From assembly GCA_951406725.2 (NCBI GenBank), contig OX597835.1, positions 14,322,001 through 14,386,000 on the forward strand: DNA of 64,000 nt, read 5' to 3'. Made by a program: the position numbers and the translations under genes. The notes beneath the pieces were generated by a model. The model was not told the origin of the DNA. It worked only from the letters and a program-made list of their open reading frames with translations, and searched no databases. Source of the stretch: Octopus vulgaris (taxonomy: Eukaryota). Positions 38,345-52,000 of the stretch are shown here, piece after piece; the stretch's first letter is position 1; each line of letters begins with the position of its first letter.

Positions 38345-38721
38345 ACACACATATATATACGTATATGTGTGTGCTTTGTTTGTGTGTGTGTGTATTTATG
38401 TATATGTTCATCTTAAATCAGTCCTCAAGCCTGTTTCTCTGACGATTCCTCAGCGTTACTACTTACCTGGAAAAGTAGGAGCACGTATCTCAGATATCCG
38501 ATGGTAGCCAGCCACTGGACCGACCAGAAGTAAACTCTTGTATCCTACTCCTGTATTGAGTACTTCCTGAGATCGTTCTCGGATATACATGTGCGTATAT
38601 ACGAGTGTGTGTGTGTGTGAGAGGGAGAAAGAGGAGAGGAAAGGAGATCGATATATTTATAAAAATAAATATATTCTATATCTTATCCAATGTAGAATAC
38701 ATTAGCTATGTTTTTCAATAT

Positions 38722-39143
38722 TACTCTTTTACTCTTTTACTTGTTTCAGTCATTTGACTGCGGCCATGCTGGAGCACCACCTTTTAGTCGAGCAAATCGA
38801 CCCCGGGACTTATTCTTTGTAAGCCCAGTACTTATTTTATCGGTCTCTTTTGCCGAACCGCTAAGTAACGGGGACGTAAACACACCAGCATCGGTTGTCA
38901 AGGCAATGCTAGGGGGACAAACTCAGACACACAAACATATACACACACACTTATATATATATATATATACATATATACGACGAGGTTCCTTTCAGTTTCC
39001 GTCTACCAAATCCACTCACAAGGCATTGGTCGGCCCGGGGCTATAGCAGAAGACACTTGCCCAAGATGCCACGCAGTGGGACTGAACCCGGAACCATGTG
39101 GCTGGTTAGCAAGCTACTTACCACACAGCCACTCCTGCGCCTA
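38722..39143 (-). mobile_element. SINE family B, full length
   Basis: Tail (CTTTTACT)n through to head CACAGCCACTCCTGCGCC. Confidence 0.92.
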
Positions 39144-39689
39144 TGTTGATTATGTTGATTAATTTTTCTTTTCTCCTGTCTCCGCCTATTAGCTGTATTT
39201 TTATAACCATTTATAAAGAAGCGCGTATATTATCGATCTAAATCGGAACTTTTTACGTTTTTACGAAGCTCTCTCGCTAATCGATTTGCACAAAAACTAT
39301 TTACTATAATTATTGTAAAAGGTCATTTCAGTAAATTAGTTTTAAATACCAGCTTTAACGGTGAATTCGGTGATTTAAGCACTTTTCTAAATCTGTTCTT
39401 TTGCAAAACAAATCGGGTGTATTTTCTGTTCTAGATATTTCAATTTCCCTAGTGTACATCAGTGGGTTTCTAGCTGAGGCTTAGATAACCTGAAAAATCC
39501 CCGTACGCATATCTTTGCACTTCAGCTGACGATGGGTTAATGTGTTCCTATTGTTTCAAGAATTGCTCATTGTTAGAAGCACCCTTGTTTCAATTGCAAT
39601 TGTAACACGTATTATGTAGATCTTCCTATGTGTAACGCGATTTTTCTTCAAGTATCTTTTCTCATACACACACCACATATATTTTTTGT

Positions 39690-39701
39690 GTGATATATAT
39701 A

Positions 39702-39774
<73 letters not shown>

Positions 39775-39840
39775 AGATATATATATGTATGATATATATA
39801 TATGTATGATTTATATATATATGATATATATATATGTATA

Positions 39841-39882
<42 letters not shown>

Positions 39883-39972
39883 TATGATATATATATATAT
39901 ATATATATATGTATGATATATATATATGTTTGATATATATATATATGTATGATATATGTATATATGTATATG

Positions 39973-40027
<55 letters not shown>

Positions 40028-40070
40028 GATATACATGTAAATATATATATGTGTATGTGTGTGTGTGTAG
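39690..40070. repeat. (TA)n/(TG)n microsatellite
   Basis: Directly visible. Confidence 0.95.
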
Positions 40071-40874
40071 CATCTTTTCGTATATACCTTTATATTGTTG
40101 TTGTAAACCTGATATCTATTTTTCACTTCTATTAAACTCCCTAGCAAATTCGCACAAAATAAATGTTTACGCTATAATTCCGAAAAATTTTCATAATAAT
40201 ATATTTACATGTATACATACATACATACATATATACGCACTTAAATATATATGTAAATATATGTAAGGGTGTGATATAAATCTTAATATAAGTGTATATA
40301 CTGTACATGTGCACATACACATTAATATATATATATATCTATTCATTTTAATATACCTATATCTATAATATAATAAAATATATGTAACACAAAGCAAAAC
40401 AGGGTTCATAAATTATTTAGAATCATCTTGCACGCTTTTTATCAACAAAGGAGTATATTCTTTACATAAAAAAACGTTATAAGCAGATTACATTCCCAAA
40501 TCATCAGAGAATGCGTAACACCCAATAGTTGCCGTTAGAATTTATAATGGCCTGTAGACAATGTTAGGGTTACGACTTCCATAACAACTGTTTAAAGAAT
40601 ATGCTCATATAAGTAGTAGAGGCAAGATAAATAACTTTTGTCGTAGAAGATGAGGAAATATTTCTATCGCCATCGAGTTGATGAACGTAGGGCGAGATGT
40701 TGCTGTAGCTATAAAGTGTCAAAGATATCTCAGCAGGATATCCTATAATTTATCATTCGCGCTGACAGCCAAGCTGCCGATTACCTTTCATCTTTATGGG
40801 CACTAGTCTTCACGTACACGCACACACACAATGTACATGTATTCACAGACACAGGTGTATATCACAAATATATA

Positions 40875-41099
40875 TATTTCTTTACTACCCACAAGGGGCT
40901 AAACATAGAGGGGACAAACAAGGACACACAAAGGGATTAAATCGATTCCATCGACCCCAGTGCGTAACTGGTACTTAATTTATCGACCCCGAAGGATGAA
41001 AGGCAAAGTCAACCTCGGCGGAATTTGAACTCAGAACGTAACGGCAGACGAAATACGGCTACGCATTTCGCCCGGCGTGCTACCGTTTCTGCCAGCTCG
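40875..41099 (-). mobile_element. SINE family C
   Basis: TATTTCTTTACTACCCACAAGGGGC...TTCTGCCAGCTCG. Confidence 0.9.
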
Positions 41100-41116
41100 A
41101 AGCAACCTCAACATAC

Positions 41117-41519
41117 AGGCGCAGGAGTGGCTGTGTGGTAAGTAACTTGTTTACCAACCACATGGTTCCGGGTTCAGTCCCACTGCGTGGCACCTTGGGC
41201 AAGTGTCTTCTAATATAGCCTCGGGCCGACCAAAGCCTTGTGAGTGGATTTGGTAGACGGAAACTGAAAGAAGCCCGTCGCATATATATATATATATATA
41301 TATGCGTGTGTGTGTTTGTCCCCCTAGCATTGCTTGACAACCGATGCTGGTGTGTTTATGTCCCCGTTACTTAGCGGTTCGGCAAAAGAGACCGATAGAA
41401 TAAGTACTGGGCTTACAACAGAATAAGTCCCGGGGTCGAGTTGCTCGATTAAAGGCAGTGCTCCAGCATGGCCGCAGTCAAATGACTGAAACAAGTAAAA
41501 GAGTAAAAGAGTAAAGAGT
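41117..41519 (+). mobile_element. SINE family B, full length
   Basis: Head GGCGCAGGAGTGGCTGTGTGG, B box GGTTCAGTCC, internal (TA)n(TG)n, tail (GTAAAAGA)n. Confidence 0.92.
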
Positions 41520-41697
41520 ATACATTTATAACTTTACTTACATGTTTATGCTTCCGAATGGGAGCAACAACCACTATTCATTTAGTTCACTTAGTTGTTA
41601 TATTTTGTCATAACACAGATGAAATAGTGAATTTATCTTTTTATCTTTAACTTGTTTCACTCCGTAAGCTGTGGTCATACAGAGGCACCGCCATTGT

Positions 41698-43520
41698 TCA
41701 AATGTCCAAGAAATTAGATATTGCAAGGTTGTGTTCAATTGTTATTTTAAAGTTGTAGTTTTAAAGAACGAATGTAGGTGTTATTCTCATTCGATACATC
41801 TTCTTAGTGTTTCAAGTGACTTCGAGGTAGGTGGGAAGCCAACGCCTGGATAATGGATTCCTATCACTTGAAACAATTTTTAAGATATGATTTAAATGTT
41901 CAAACCTTATTCACATGTCACGGCTGAATCAGTTGCCCCCATAGAAAAAACGACATTTTAAGCTATAAAGTATCGGGTTAAAAAAAAATGTATAGCCACA
42001 ACCTACAAACTGCTCGCAAACCGTCGAACGAGCAGCAAAATTTCAATTGCTTTCTCTTTTATGTCCTAGCATAATTCCGAACAGTCAGAAATAGAGATGT
42101 TATATGCCGAATTGTAGGAACTTGTACCATCTCTTTATAGAGATTGATATAAACCATTCTGTGTTATTCCAGTGTGATAAAGCTGAGGCTTTTCTAAAGT
42201 GTTGTAAGTTCTTTGGACATTACTGTTTCGAGTCCCGGGACATTCCTCTTGAACACGACAGCAGACTGTTCGAGGGGTTGCTCATTTACAACTGAGGGGA
42301 TTGGAGCAACGCGAAATGAAGAATTTTCCTCAAGCGTACAATTCGTCACAAAATCATAATTTCAGGAATCGAAACTATCAGCTTGCGATCGTGAGTGCCA
42401 CATACAGTGTGGAAGCACTCCGTCGGTTGCGACGACGAGCGTTCCGGTTGATCCGAATCAACGGAACAGCCTGCTCGTGAAATTAACGTGTAAGTGGCTG
42501 AGCACTCCACAGACACGTGCACCCTTAACGTAGTTCTCGGGGATATTCAGCGTGACACAAAGAGTGACAAGGCCGGCCCCTTTGAAATACAGGTACAACA
42601 GAAACAGGAAGTAAGAGTGAGAGAAAGTTGTGGTGAAAGAGTACAGCAGGAATCACCACCATCCCTTGCCGGAGCCTCGTGAAGCTTTAAGTGTTTTCGC
42701 TCAATAAACACTCACAACGCCCGGTCTGGGAATCGAAACCGCGATCCTATGACCGCGAGTCCGCTGCCCTAACCACTGGTCCATTGCGCCTCCACTCCAC
42801 ATACTAACCACTGCGCAACAAAACTTCACTCTCTATAGTGTGCGAATGTTTTTTGTCTCTCATATATCTTGCTTGATTTCTACCGATATCTGTTTTGACG
42901 AGGTTAATTGACTGAATAAGTTATATCTATTAAATCTATTACAAATATGGCTTACGATATTCAAAAGAGACAAGAATTGTGATTTCGATGTGATAGGTTC
43001 AGTCTGATCAACGATATCTAATTCGGATGTAATTTTCAATCTTTGCTTGTTTGTCTTGGTCCATTCTATAATTCTCTAACTTATGGTAATTGACCAAGCG
43101 ACATATCTGTCATAAAACTTGTTGTCAATTACAAACAAGATTTCAGTCTTGCTTCCACTAAAGGCCAATTACAATATTAGAATTTTTTCATATCGTTCAA
43201 TTTTGGGTTATATTTCTTCGGGGAGTACTTATCGGTCTTCCTAAATTTTATATTCTTAATTAATAATAAAAAAAAATTATAGCAATATATTATTGAGCGA
43301 GCGGTTATTAGATTTCAGTCAATAGTTGCGTATCTTATTTGAATTGTTTTCTTCGTCGTCTCCAAAGATTTGGTCATCAAATTCTTTTTTTTTTCTAATC
43401 AAGTTGTCTGTCTTCCGTACAAGTCTTCTTTTGTATTTTATTAAAAGTAAGTTTTTTTTGTAGGTATATTAACTTGGTGTTTAAAAAATTGTTGGTAATT
43501 TGGCAGTCTCAAGATTATAA
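41698..43520 (-). mobile_element. Fossil Penelope-like reverse transcriptase region, interrupted by nested SINEs
   Basis: Collinear minus-strand motifs: INLVKTDIGR (~42880-42910), HWNNTEWFISISIKRWYKFLQFGI (~42105-42175), SMGATDSAVTCE*GL (~41905-41945), ITIEHNLAISNFLDI (~41701-41745). These match PLE RT motifs RLINPxKSxIG, FxQFDI, MGxxDGAExCE and ITIExN...NFLD. Confidence 0.7.
42409..42794 (-). mobile_element. SINE family A, full length, nested in an older SINE (~42285-42830)
   Basis: Reverse complement of 56567-56950. TSD CCACATAC at 42398-42405 and 42797-42804. Confidence 0.92.
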
Positions 43521-43625
43521 ATCTATTTTAGATATTCATGTATAACAACACACACACACACACACACAACATGATGTATTAAAACCGAGCGAAACAGTTT
43601 ATTTAAGGAGATACTCCTTATGACA

Positions 43626-43730
43626 TCAACTGACGAGACACTTCTGCACCGAGGGATGCACCTCAACCAGTTGTACAGTATCCCACTCGCAAGGGATCGA
43701 TGAAGGACGGGGTCGAAACGATCGTTGTGA
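43626..43730 (+). ncRNA. Type I hammerhead ribozyme with large stem II insert
   Basis: TCAA-CTGACGA(43630-43636)-GAC-[72 nt]-GTC-GAAA(43715-43718)-CGATCG-T-T-GTGA. Same ACGATCGT palindrome as 23659-23666. Confidence 0.65.
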
Positions 43731-43784
43731 GCAATTAAGTTTCTCGTATATTCCATTTTCCGTCTGTATCATTTGTTATATATA

Positions 43785-43825
<41 letters not shown>

Positions 43826-43827
<2 letters not shown>

Positions 43828-44533
43828 TAGCTTAGTGGTTAGGGTGTTGCACTCACGATTGCGAGATCGTAGGTTCGATTTCCAGACCGAGTATGTGTTG
43901 TGTTCTTGAGCAAAGCAGTTCATTTCGCCGGATCGTCCGTCTTTACGTTCTGAGTTCAAATTCCGCCGAAAGCGACTTTGCCTATCATTTGTCCGCGGTC
44001 AATAGAATAAGTACCAGTTAAGCACTGGGGTCGATGTAATCGATTCTCCTCCCCAATCCTGAAATTGCTGGCCCTGTGCCAAAATTTGAAACTGATATTA
44101 AATAAAATACGTTTTAAGTGAATCTGTGACTTGGCCTTTCAATTTGGATTCCTGCATCTGATAACAGAGCTACGAAGGGATTCCCAACAATATATAATTA
44201 GAAATACAAGCGAAGGTGTGTGACTCAGTGGTTAGGGTACTCGGCTCACGATTGTAAAGTCGTGAGTTCGATTCACTGCGCCGCGTTCTGTCCTTGAGCA
44301 AGACACTCTATTTCACATTGCTTCAGTCCACTCAGCTTGCAAAACTGGGTCGTACCTGTAATTCAAACGGGACCAGTCTTATCACACTCTGTGCCACGCT
44401 GAATCTCCCTGAGAACTACGTTGTTACGCGTGTCTGTGGAGTGCTCGACCACTTAGCTGTTAGTTTCATGAGCAGACTCTTCCGTTGATTGGACCAACTG
44501 GAACCCTCGTCATCGTAGCCGACGGAGTGCCAC
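43826..44533 (+). mobile_element. Chimeric or older SINEs (D-like head plus C body; D-like head plus A tail)
   Basis: GCTTAGTGGTTAGG...GGTTCGATTTCC, then GAGTTCAAATTCCGCCG. 44212-44533 ends GACGGAGTGCCAC. Confidence 0.75.
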
Positions 44534-45086
44534 TTGAAAGAAATACAACTTTTCAGATAAATACTGTAGTCTGAATTGTTGTAGTAATAGGTTCGTCATC
44601 TCTTACAAATGAAAGATACATTTCAAACAATCTATTTTATATTGGAGATACGGACATTTTAGATATTCGACGAATTCCAAAAAACGTATGTAAGGAATTC
44701 TATAGTTTTTATTGCGTTTTAGATGCTTGTTTCTCTTTTGAAGACTTTCTAATGTGAAAGCGAACGAAAATAAAAGACATTGTGTATGTAAGTAAAAAAA
44801 AATAATAAATTGTATTTTTTTCAACATTTTCCCCCTTTTTTTCTGAATAGCTGTTGATTACTAAACAGTAGGAAAGAAGAACGTTCGCATAAAGGAAGGA
44901 AGTCTCAAAGAAACACAGTTCCATAGAATGAGATTAATACGGTGTTCTTTGGTGCAGAAACTTGTCTAAGGAACTTAATTGAATGTCACGAGTTAAGTTG
45001 ATGAGTACAAGATGACAATTTTTGGAGAAGGAGCCGAGAGAAATTAGTCAAGTCTGAAATAAAAAAAAAAATTTTAATATTGAAGA

Positions 45087-45863
<777 letters not shown>

Positions 45864-46327
45864 TCTGCGAAGGAAAAGGGAAAAAATATATGTGAAGAAT
45901 TTCGTAATCTTAAATTTTTGGAAAGCTTTCCTTTAGCTGATAGCTTCCAGCCGAGTTTTGTGCTACTGCTGGTAGAATGTCATAATGTACAAAAATTAAC
46001 TAAAGGTCACAATGTCAAAGACTAAATCTTGGTAAGGTAAGAAGAAGCTAGAAAATTTTAATTGCATAATTTCAATTTGAGTGGAAGAAAATGATGGTGG
46101 CCAACGATAACACTTGCCTGAATAATATAAAATTAAAATTCTTTATATTCAGTTTTGATAAAGATGAAGCTATTTTAAATATTCATGGAATAATTATTAT
46201 AATCAAGTCTCCAGAGAAGACGCTGCTTTGAAATTGGTTCCTAAAGACGACATGTTGCGGCTGTTGCGGCTGTAATTCATGTCTTTTGGTTTATTTTCCT
46301 TCGATGTTGTTGTGCTGTTTGTGGGTT

Positions 46328-46367
<40 letters not shown>

Positions 46368-46380
46368 GCTACTACTACTA

Positions 46381-46430
<50 letters not shown>

Positions 46431-46509
46431 ACTACTACTACTACTGCCCCTGTTGCCGCTACTACTACTACTGCTAGGACTGCTGCTATTGGTACTACTA
46501 CTACTATTG

Positions 46510-46545
<36 letters not shown>

Positions 46546-46593
46546 TTGTTGCTGATCCTACTCTCACTACCATCACCAGCTCTACTACCACGT

Positions 46594-46642
<49 letters not shown>

Positions 46643-47090
46643 CGTCACTGCTACTACTACTACTACCGTCACTGCTACTGCTGCTGCTACTCTCTTCACC
46701 ATCACCGCTTCTACTACCACATCTACTATTCCCAGCACTATCACCATATCTACTACTACTGCTGTTGCTACTACAACAACAACAACAACTAGTACTACTA
46801 CTACTACTACTGTTATTGAGGCTGCTATTGTTGCTGTTGCTACTGCCGTTACCACCACCACCACCACTACTACTACTACTACTACTGAAGCAATCACCAC
46901 CAGCACCAGCGCTACTATTACTACTACCACAAGCAGTACAACAGTACCACCACCACTACCACCATCACCAGCACCACCACACCACCACTACCACCATCAC
47001 CAGCAGCACCACCACACCACCACTACCACCATCACCAGCAGCACCACCAAACCACCCCTACCACCATCACCACCACCACCACCACCACCA
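46328..47090. repeat. (ACT)n/(GCT)n/(ACC)n compound trinucleotide repeat
   Basis: Directly visible. Confidence 0.95.
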
Positions 47091-47660
47091 GTACCTTCGC
47101 AACAGCTGTTACAATTGGTATCCAACAGACGTAATCTGGAACGTTGCAACAACCGGAACGACAAATTGATTAACAAATTAGAGTTAACAACTGTCTGTTG
47201 TTTGGAAGTGAAGACCGCTTAAGTCATCAACAAAACTAATATTGTTTTTTGATTGACGCATCAAGGGGCAACATTTTCCAATATAACCTTCCATTTTGAA
47301 GATGGTAATGAGTGATTTAATGGGTGTTTAGCTGCTATTTAACTGATCGTATGGAGGCTCCATTAGTGCCTTGGTTAAACAGGATGTTTTCGAATCAGGA
47401 AATTTCTAGATAATTGTTTTAGTCGCTTTTCCTGAATATAAGGTTGAGATAGTCAGGAAACGTTGATAAAAACGAATCAGGGATCTTTATTACTTTAAAC
47501 AAACTGAAAAAAAAAGTCTTATACGAAGATACGATAAAAATCCTATGAGCTGGAATACGACTGTGCTTCTTTATAAGCTTCAGACTGGCCAATACGACGT
47601 CGTTTTCTAAGTCAGACGACGACATGACACTGACAGGCTGCAAGGCGAAGAGATGCATAC

Positions 47661-47719
<59 letters not shown>

Positions 47720-47723
<4 letters not shown>

Positions 47724-47925
47724 TACTCTTTTACTTGTTTCAGTCATTTGACTGCGGCCATGCTGGAGCACCGCCTTTTAGTCGAGCAAATCGACCCCGG
47801 GGACTTATTCTTTGTAAGCCCAGTATTTATTCTATCAGTCTCTTTTGCCGAACCGCTAAGTGACGGGGACGTAAACACACCAGCATCGGTTGTCAAGCAA
47901 TGCTAGGGGGACAAACACACACACA

Positions 47926-48015
<90 letters not shown>

Positions 48016-48106
48016 CATATATACGACGGGCTTCTTTCAGTTTCCGTCTACCAAATCCATTCACAAGGCATTGGTCGGCCCGGGGCTATAGCAGAAGACA
48101 CTTGCC
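47720..48106 (-). mobile_element. SINE family B, 5'-truncated, inserted in (CT)n
   Basis: Near-identical to 38722-39065, with a longer internal (CA)n. Confidence 0.9.
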
Positions 48107-48241
48107 CCTCTCTCACTTTTTTTTTTTCTCTCTCTCTCTCTCTCTCGATCTCACTTCCGGGGTACTTTCGTTTCGACTAGCGTTGATTTTCCAACGAATC
48201 ACATACATTAAGTATGTTATGTAGCAAAAGATTTTACTATA

Positions 48242-48344
48242 GAGCTGCTTCGGAAAAACAAACTAGAATTGGAATGATACAGCAAAGATTAGCATGACCC
48301 CTGCGCAAGGATGACACGCAAATTCGTGAAGCGTTCCGTATTTT
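48242..48344 (+). pseudogene. U6: U6 snRNA pseudogene
   Basis: ...AATTGGAATGATACAGCAAAGATTAGCATGACCCCTGCGCAAGGATGACACGCAAATTCGTGAAGCGTTCCGTATTTT aligns with canonical U6. The ACAGAGA box reads ACAGCAA and the 5' stem-loop is damaged. Confidence 0.92.
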
Positions 48345-48430
48345 ATATTAAGTCCTGGTGTCGATCTCTTTAAGGTGTTGCTCCAGCATGGCCGAAGTCA
48401 AAGTAAAAGAATAAAAAATAATACATACAT

Positions 48431-48515
<85 letters not shown>

Positions 48516-48531
48516 ATATATATATATATGC

Positions 48532-48619
<88 letters not shown>

Positions 48620-48622
<3 letters not shown>

Positions 48623-48790
48623 GGTAAAGATCGCTAACACTCCACATGTAGTTACATACTTACATGTATATGTATTATGCTCGAAACGTAAAACACCCTT
48701 TCTTTCCTTCCCTGAGCGTCTGATTAATACTTTGCACGTGCGACGTCCTCGCGCTGCTTTTTTCTTGCCCTTTTTCTCCGTTTTTTATGA
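48620..48790 (+). mobile_element. Short microsatellite-embedded element related to 9482-9675
   Basis: GCTCGAAACGTAAAA...CCTGAGCG...TAATAC; flanked by (TA)n and (CA)n. Confidence 0.55.
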
Positions 48791-48804
48791 TATATGTATA
48801 TATT

Positions 48805-48860
<56 letters not shown>

Positions 48861-48890
48861 AACACACACAAACACACACATATATATAAT

Positions 48891-49116
48891 GCGGCGAGCT
48901 GGCAGAAACGTTAGCACACCGGGCGAAATGCGTAGCCGTATTTCATCTGTCCTTACGTTCCGAGTTCAAGTTCCGCCGAGGTCGACTTTGCCTTTCATCC
49001 TTATCGGGGTCGATATATTAAGTACCAGTTACGCACTGGGGTCGATGTAATCGACTTAATCTCTTTGCCTGTCCTTGTTTGTCCCCTCTGTGTTTGGCCC
49101 CTTGTGGGTAGTAAAG

Positions 49117-49120
<4 letters not shown>
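48891..49120 (+). mobile_element. SINE family C
   Basis: GCGGCGAGCTGGCAGAAACGTTAGCAC...GTAGTAAAGAAATA. Confidence 0.9.
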
Positions 49121-49173
<53 letters not shown>

Positions 49174-49826
49174 CATATGCATGTATATACTCGCACACGA
49201 GATCTTCCACGGTTTACATCTCCCAAATTCATTCACTACGAATTGGTCAGCTACGGTTATTGTAGAAGACAATTGACCAAGATACTGCGTAGTGGTACTC
49301 ATCCAGAAACTACCAAGTTTAGGTTGTCCTCTCGATCAACTCTGACTGCATCAACGTCTGACCTAACGCATTCCTGATTTAACAATTCCACCATTTTCTT
49401 CCAGACACCATTCTTTTCATTTTTAGGGGGGATTTGGCTGCTATTTCTCCGAGGTCAAACAACCACATGCAAGTATTTTTTTTTTCAAGTGAAATAACAC
49501 TACTAAAGCAATTAAACTGCCGACTAATTATCGCCATTGTGAAAACAATAATAGCCAGGCCTTTAACAGAGCGGATAATTGTCTTCTTGTGACAAGAGGT
49601 CCATCGTATAATCGAAAATAATGGAAATATTTCAAGTTTGATATCGTTGACACAAAACTTTCAAAGCTATTGACCAACGAGTATTGTGAAGCTAAGAAAA
49701 TGAAGATACTCACTATTATAGTCTGTGTTGTATTGAATAATTTAATTTTACTGACAAAAGGAAGAAAATAAAATGCTTTTAAAATGTTTTAAAAACTAAA
49801 TGTAATTTTAAAATTTTGCATTATAT

Positions 49827-49827
<1 letters not shown>

Positions 49828-49865
<38 letters not shown>

Positions 49866-49867
49866 TG

Positions 49868-49899
<32 letters not shown>

Positions 49900-51440
49900 T
49901 GGAGACAATAATCACATGGTTTCTATTTGTTTCTCCCCTCCACTCTGGAATCTTTAAGTGTCATCGCTCTCTCTGTCTCTCTTTCTGTCGCTCTTACTCT
50001 CTCTTTCTCCCTCCGTTTCTTTCTTTGTTGCTTACTTTCTTTTCATCCTTTCTTTCTTTCTTTCTTTCTTTCATTCTTTCATTCTTTCTTTCTTTCCTTC
50101 TTTCTTTCTTTCTTTCTTTCTTCCTTCTTTTTCCCAATCATTCTTTTTTCCTTTTTCTTTCCTGCTTTCTTTCTTTCCTTCTTTCTCTAATTTCTTCCTT
50201 GGTTTCTTTGATTTCTTTCTTTCTTTCTTTCTTCCTATCTTTTCAATCATTCTTTCGTTCTTCATTTCCTTCCTTCTTTCTTTCTTTCTTTCCTTCCTTC
50301 CTTCCTCCCTTCATTCCTCCCTTCCTTCCTTCCTTCCTTCCTTCCTTCCTTCCTTCCTTCCTTCCTTCCTTCATTCCTTCCTTCCTTCTTTCTTTCCTTC
50401 CTTCCTTCCTCCCTTCATTCCTTCCTTCCTTCATTCTTTCCTTCATTCCTTTTACTCATTCTTTTCAATCATTTTCCTTCCCTTCTTTCATTTCCTTCCA
50501 ATCTTTCTTTCTCTCTTCCATCCTTTCTACTTTCGTTTCTTACTTCTTTCCCTCCATTTGATATATAAGTGTAGAGGAGAAAGAGAACGAGAACAAGACA
50601 GAGAGAGAGAGAGAGAGAGCGAGAGAGAAGGAAAGAGAACAAGAGAAAGAGAGAGTGGGAGAAAGAGAGATGCAGAGACACACAGACATACAAACAAACA
50701 GACAGACAGACAGACAGAGAGGGGGAAACAAAAGAGAGGAGGAAAGAAACGCAAGATGTGTAAAGAAGAAAGAAAGAAAGAAAAAGGGAGGGTGGGTGGG
50801 AGTTAGTCTTTGAGAATTCGATTTGGCAGCAGGAAAGAGAAAGCGACTCAAAATAAACCACATTTAATTTAAATCTGTTTGTTTAAGGTTAGTTCTTTTG
50901 CTGCGCTATAAAAATGTATTTATACGTTTTAATTATGCATCCAGAAGATTCTTCTAAAATATTAATCAATAAAAATAAACAAAAATAACCAAAAAAACAA
51001 AAAAAACAACAGTAACCACTGCAATATCACGACAACAGCCTCACCACCACCACCACCACCACCTCCACCACCAACAACCGATAATGTGAGTTTCTGCTAC
51101 ATTCTCTACAGCCGCCAATTCCACCCCGAAAGCAACAAGACAATCCTATAAAATTTCCTAAGGTTTTGCAAAAGACGCTGTCTTTTTAGACATATAAAGT
51201 AATACGGTTTTACTGCCGTTCTATTGTTTATAATTTCGCGTCTTAACCATCTTTCGTTCTCTGCCACTCGCTCTCTCTTTCTGTCTCACGCTCTCTCTCT
51301 CTCTCTCTCTCTCTGCCTTTGTCTTTCGGTATCTCTCTTTCTCTCTCTCTCTCTGCTTCCCTATTTCTGTTTCTCTCTCTCTCGCTCTCTCTGCCTCTCT
51401 TTTTGTGTTTCTCTTTGCCTTTGTCTTTCTGTATCTTTCT

Positions 51441-51481
<41 letters not shown>

Positions 51482-52000
51482 CTCTCTCTTTGTGTCTCTC
51501 TCTGCCTCTCTCTTTCTGTGTCTCTCTGTATATCTCGCTGCTTCTCTCTCTGTCTCTCTCTGCTTCCCTGTTTCTGAGTCTCACTGTACCCCCCTCTCTC
51601 TCTCTCTGTCTCTCTGCCTCTCTCTTTCTGTATTCTTCTCTGGCTCTCTGTATCTCTCTCTGCCCCTCTCTCTGCCTCTCTCTGCCTCTCTTTTTGTCTC
51701 TCTCTGCCTCTCTCTGTCTCTCTCTCTGTCTCTCTCTGCTTCTCTCTCTGCCCCCTCTCTCTTTCTGTGTCTCTCTCTGCCCCTCTCTCTGACTCTCTCT
51801 CTGTCTCTCTCTGCCCCCCTCTCTGCCTCTCTGTCTCTCTCTGCTTCTCTCTCTCTGTCCCTCTCTTCCCCTTCTCCCTTTCTGTGTCTCTCTCTGTCTC
51901 TCCCACTCTCATTCTTTCTCCCAGTCTCCCTCTGTCCCTGCATGTTTCTCTCATCCTTTTCCTCTGTCTCTCTACGCGAGTGTCTTTCTCTCGCATGCTT
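49828..52000. repeat. Polypyrimidine/polypurine low-complexity region ((CT)n, (CTTT)n, (CCTT)n, (AG)n)
   Basis: Directly visible. Confidence 0.9.

Noticed and set aside
38459-38470. U1 snRNA 5' end (TACTTACCTGG)
   Set aside because: Similarity stops after 11 nt; it is simply the complement of a splice donor.
48242-48344. Functional U6 gene
   Set aside because: ACAGAGA box altered, 5' stem-loop disrupted and no clear TATA box at about -30.
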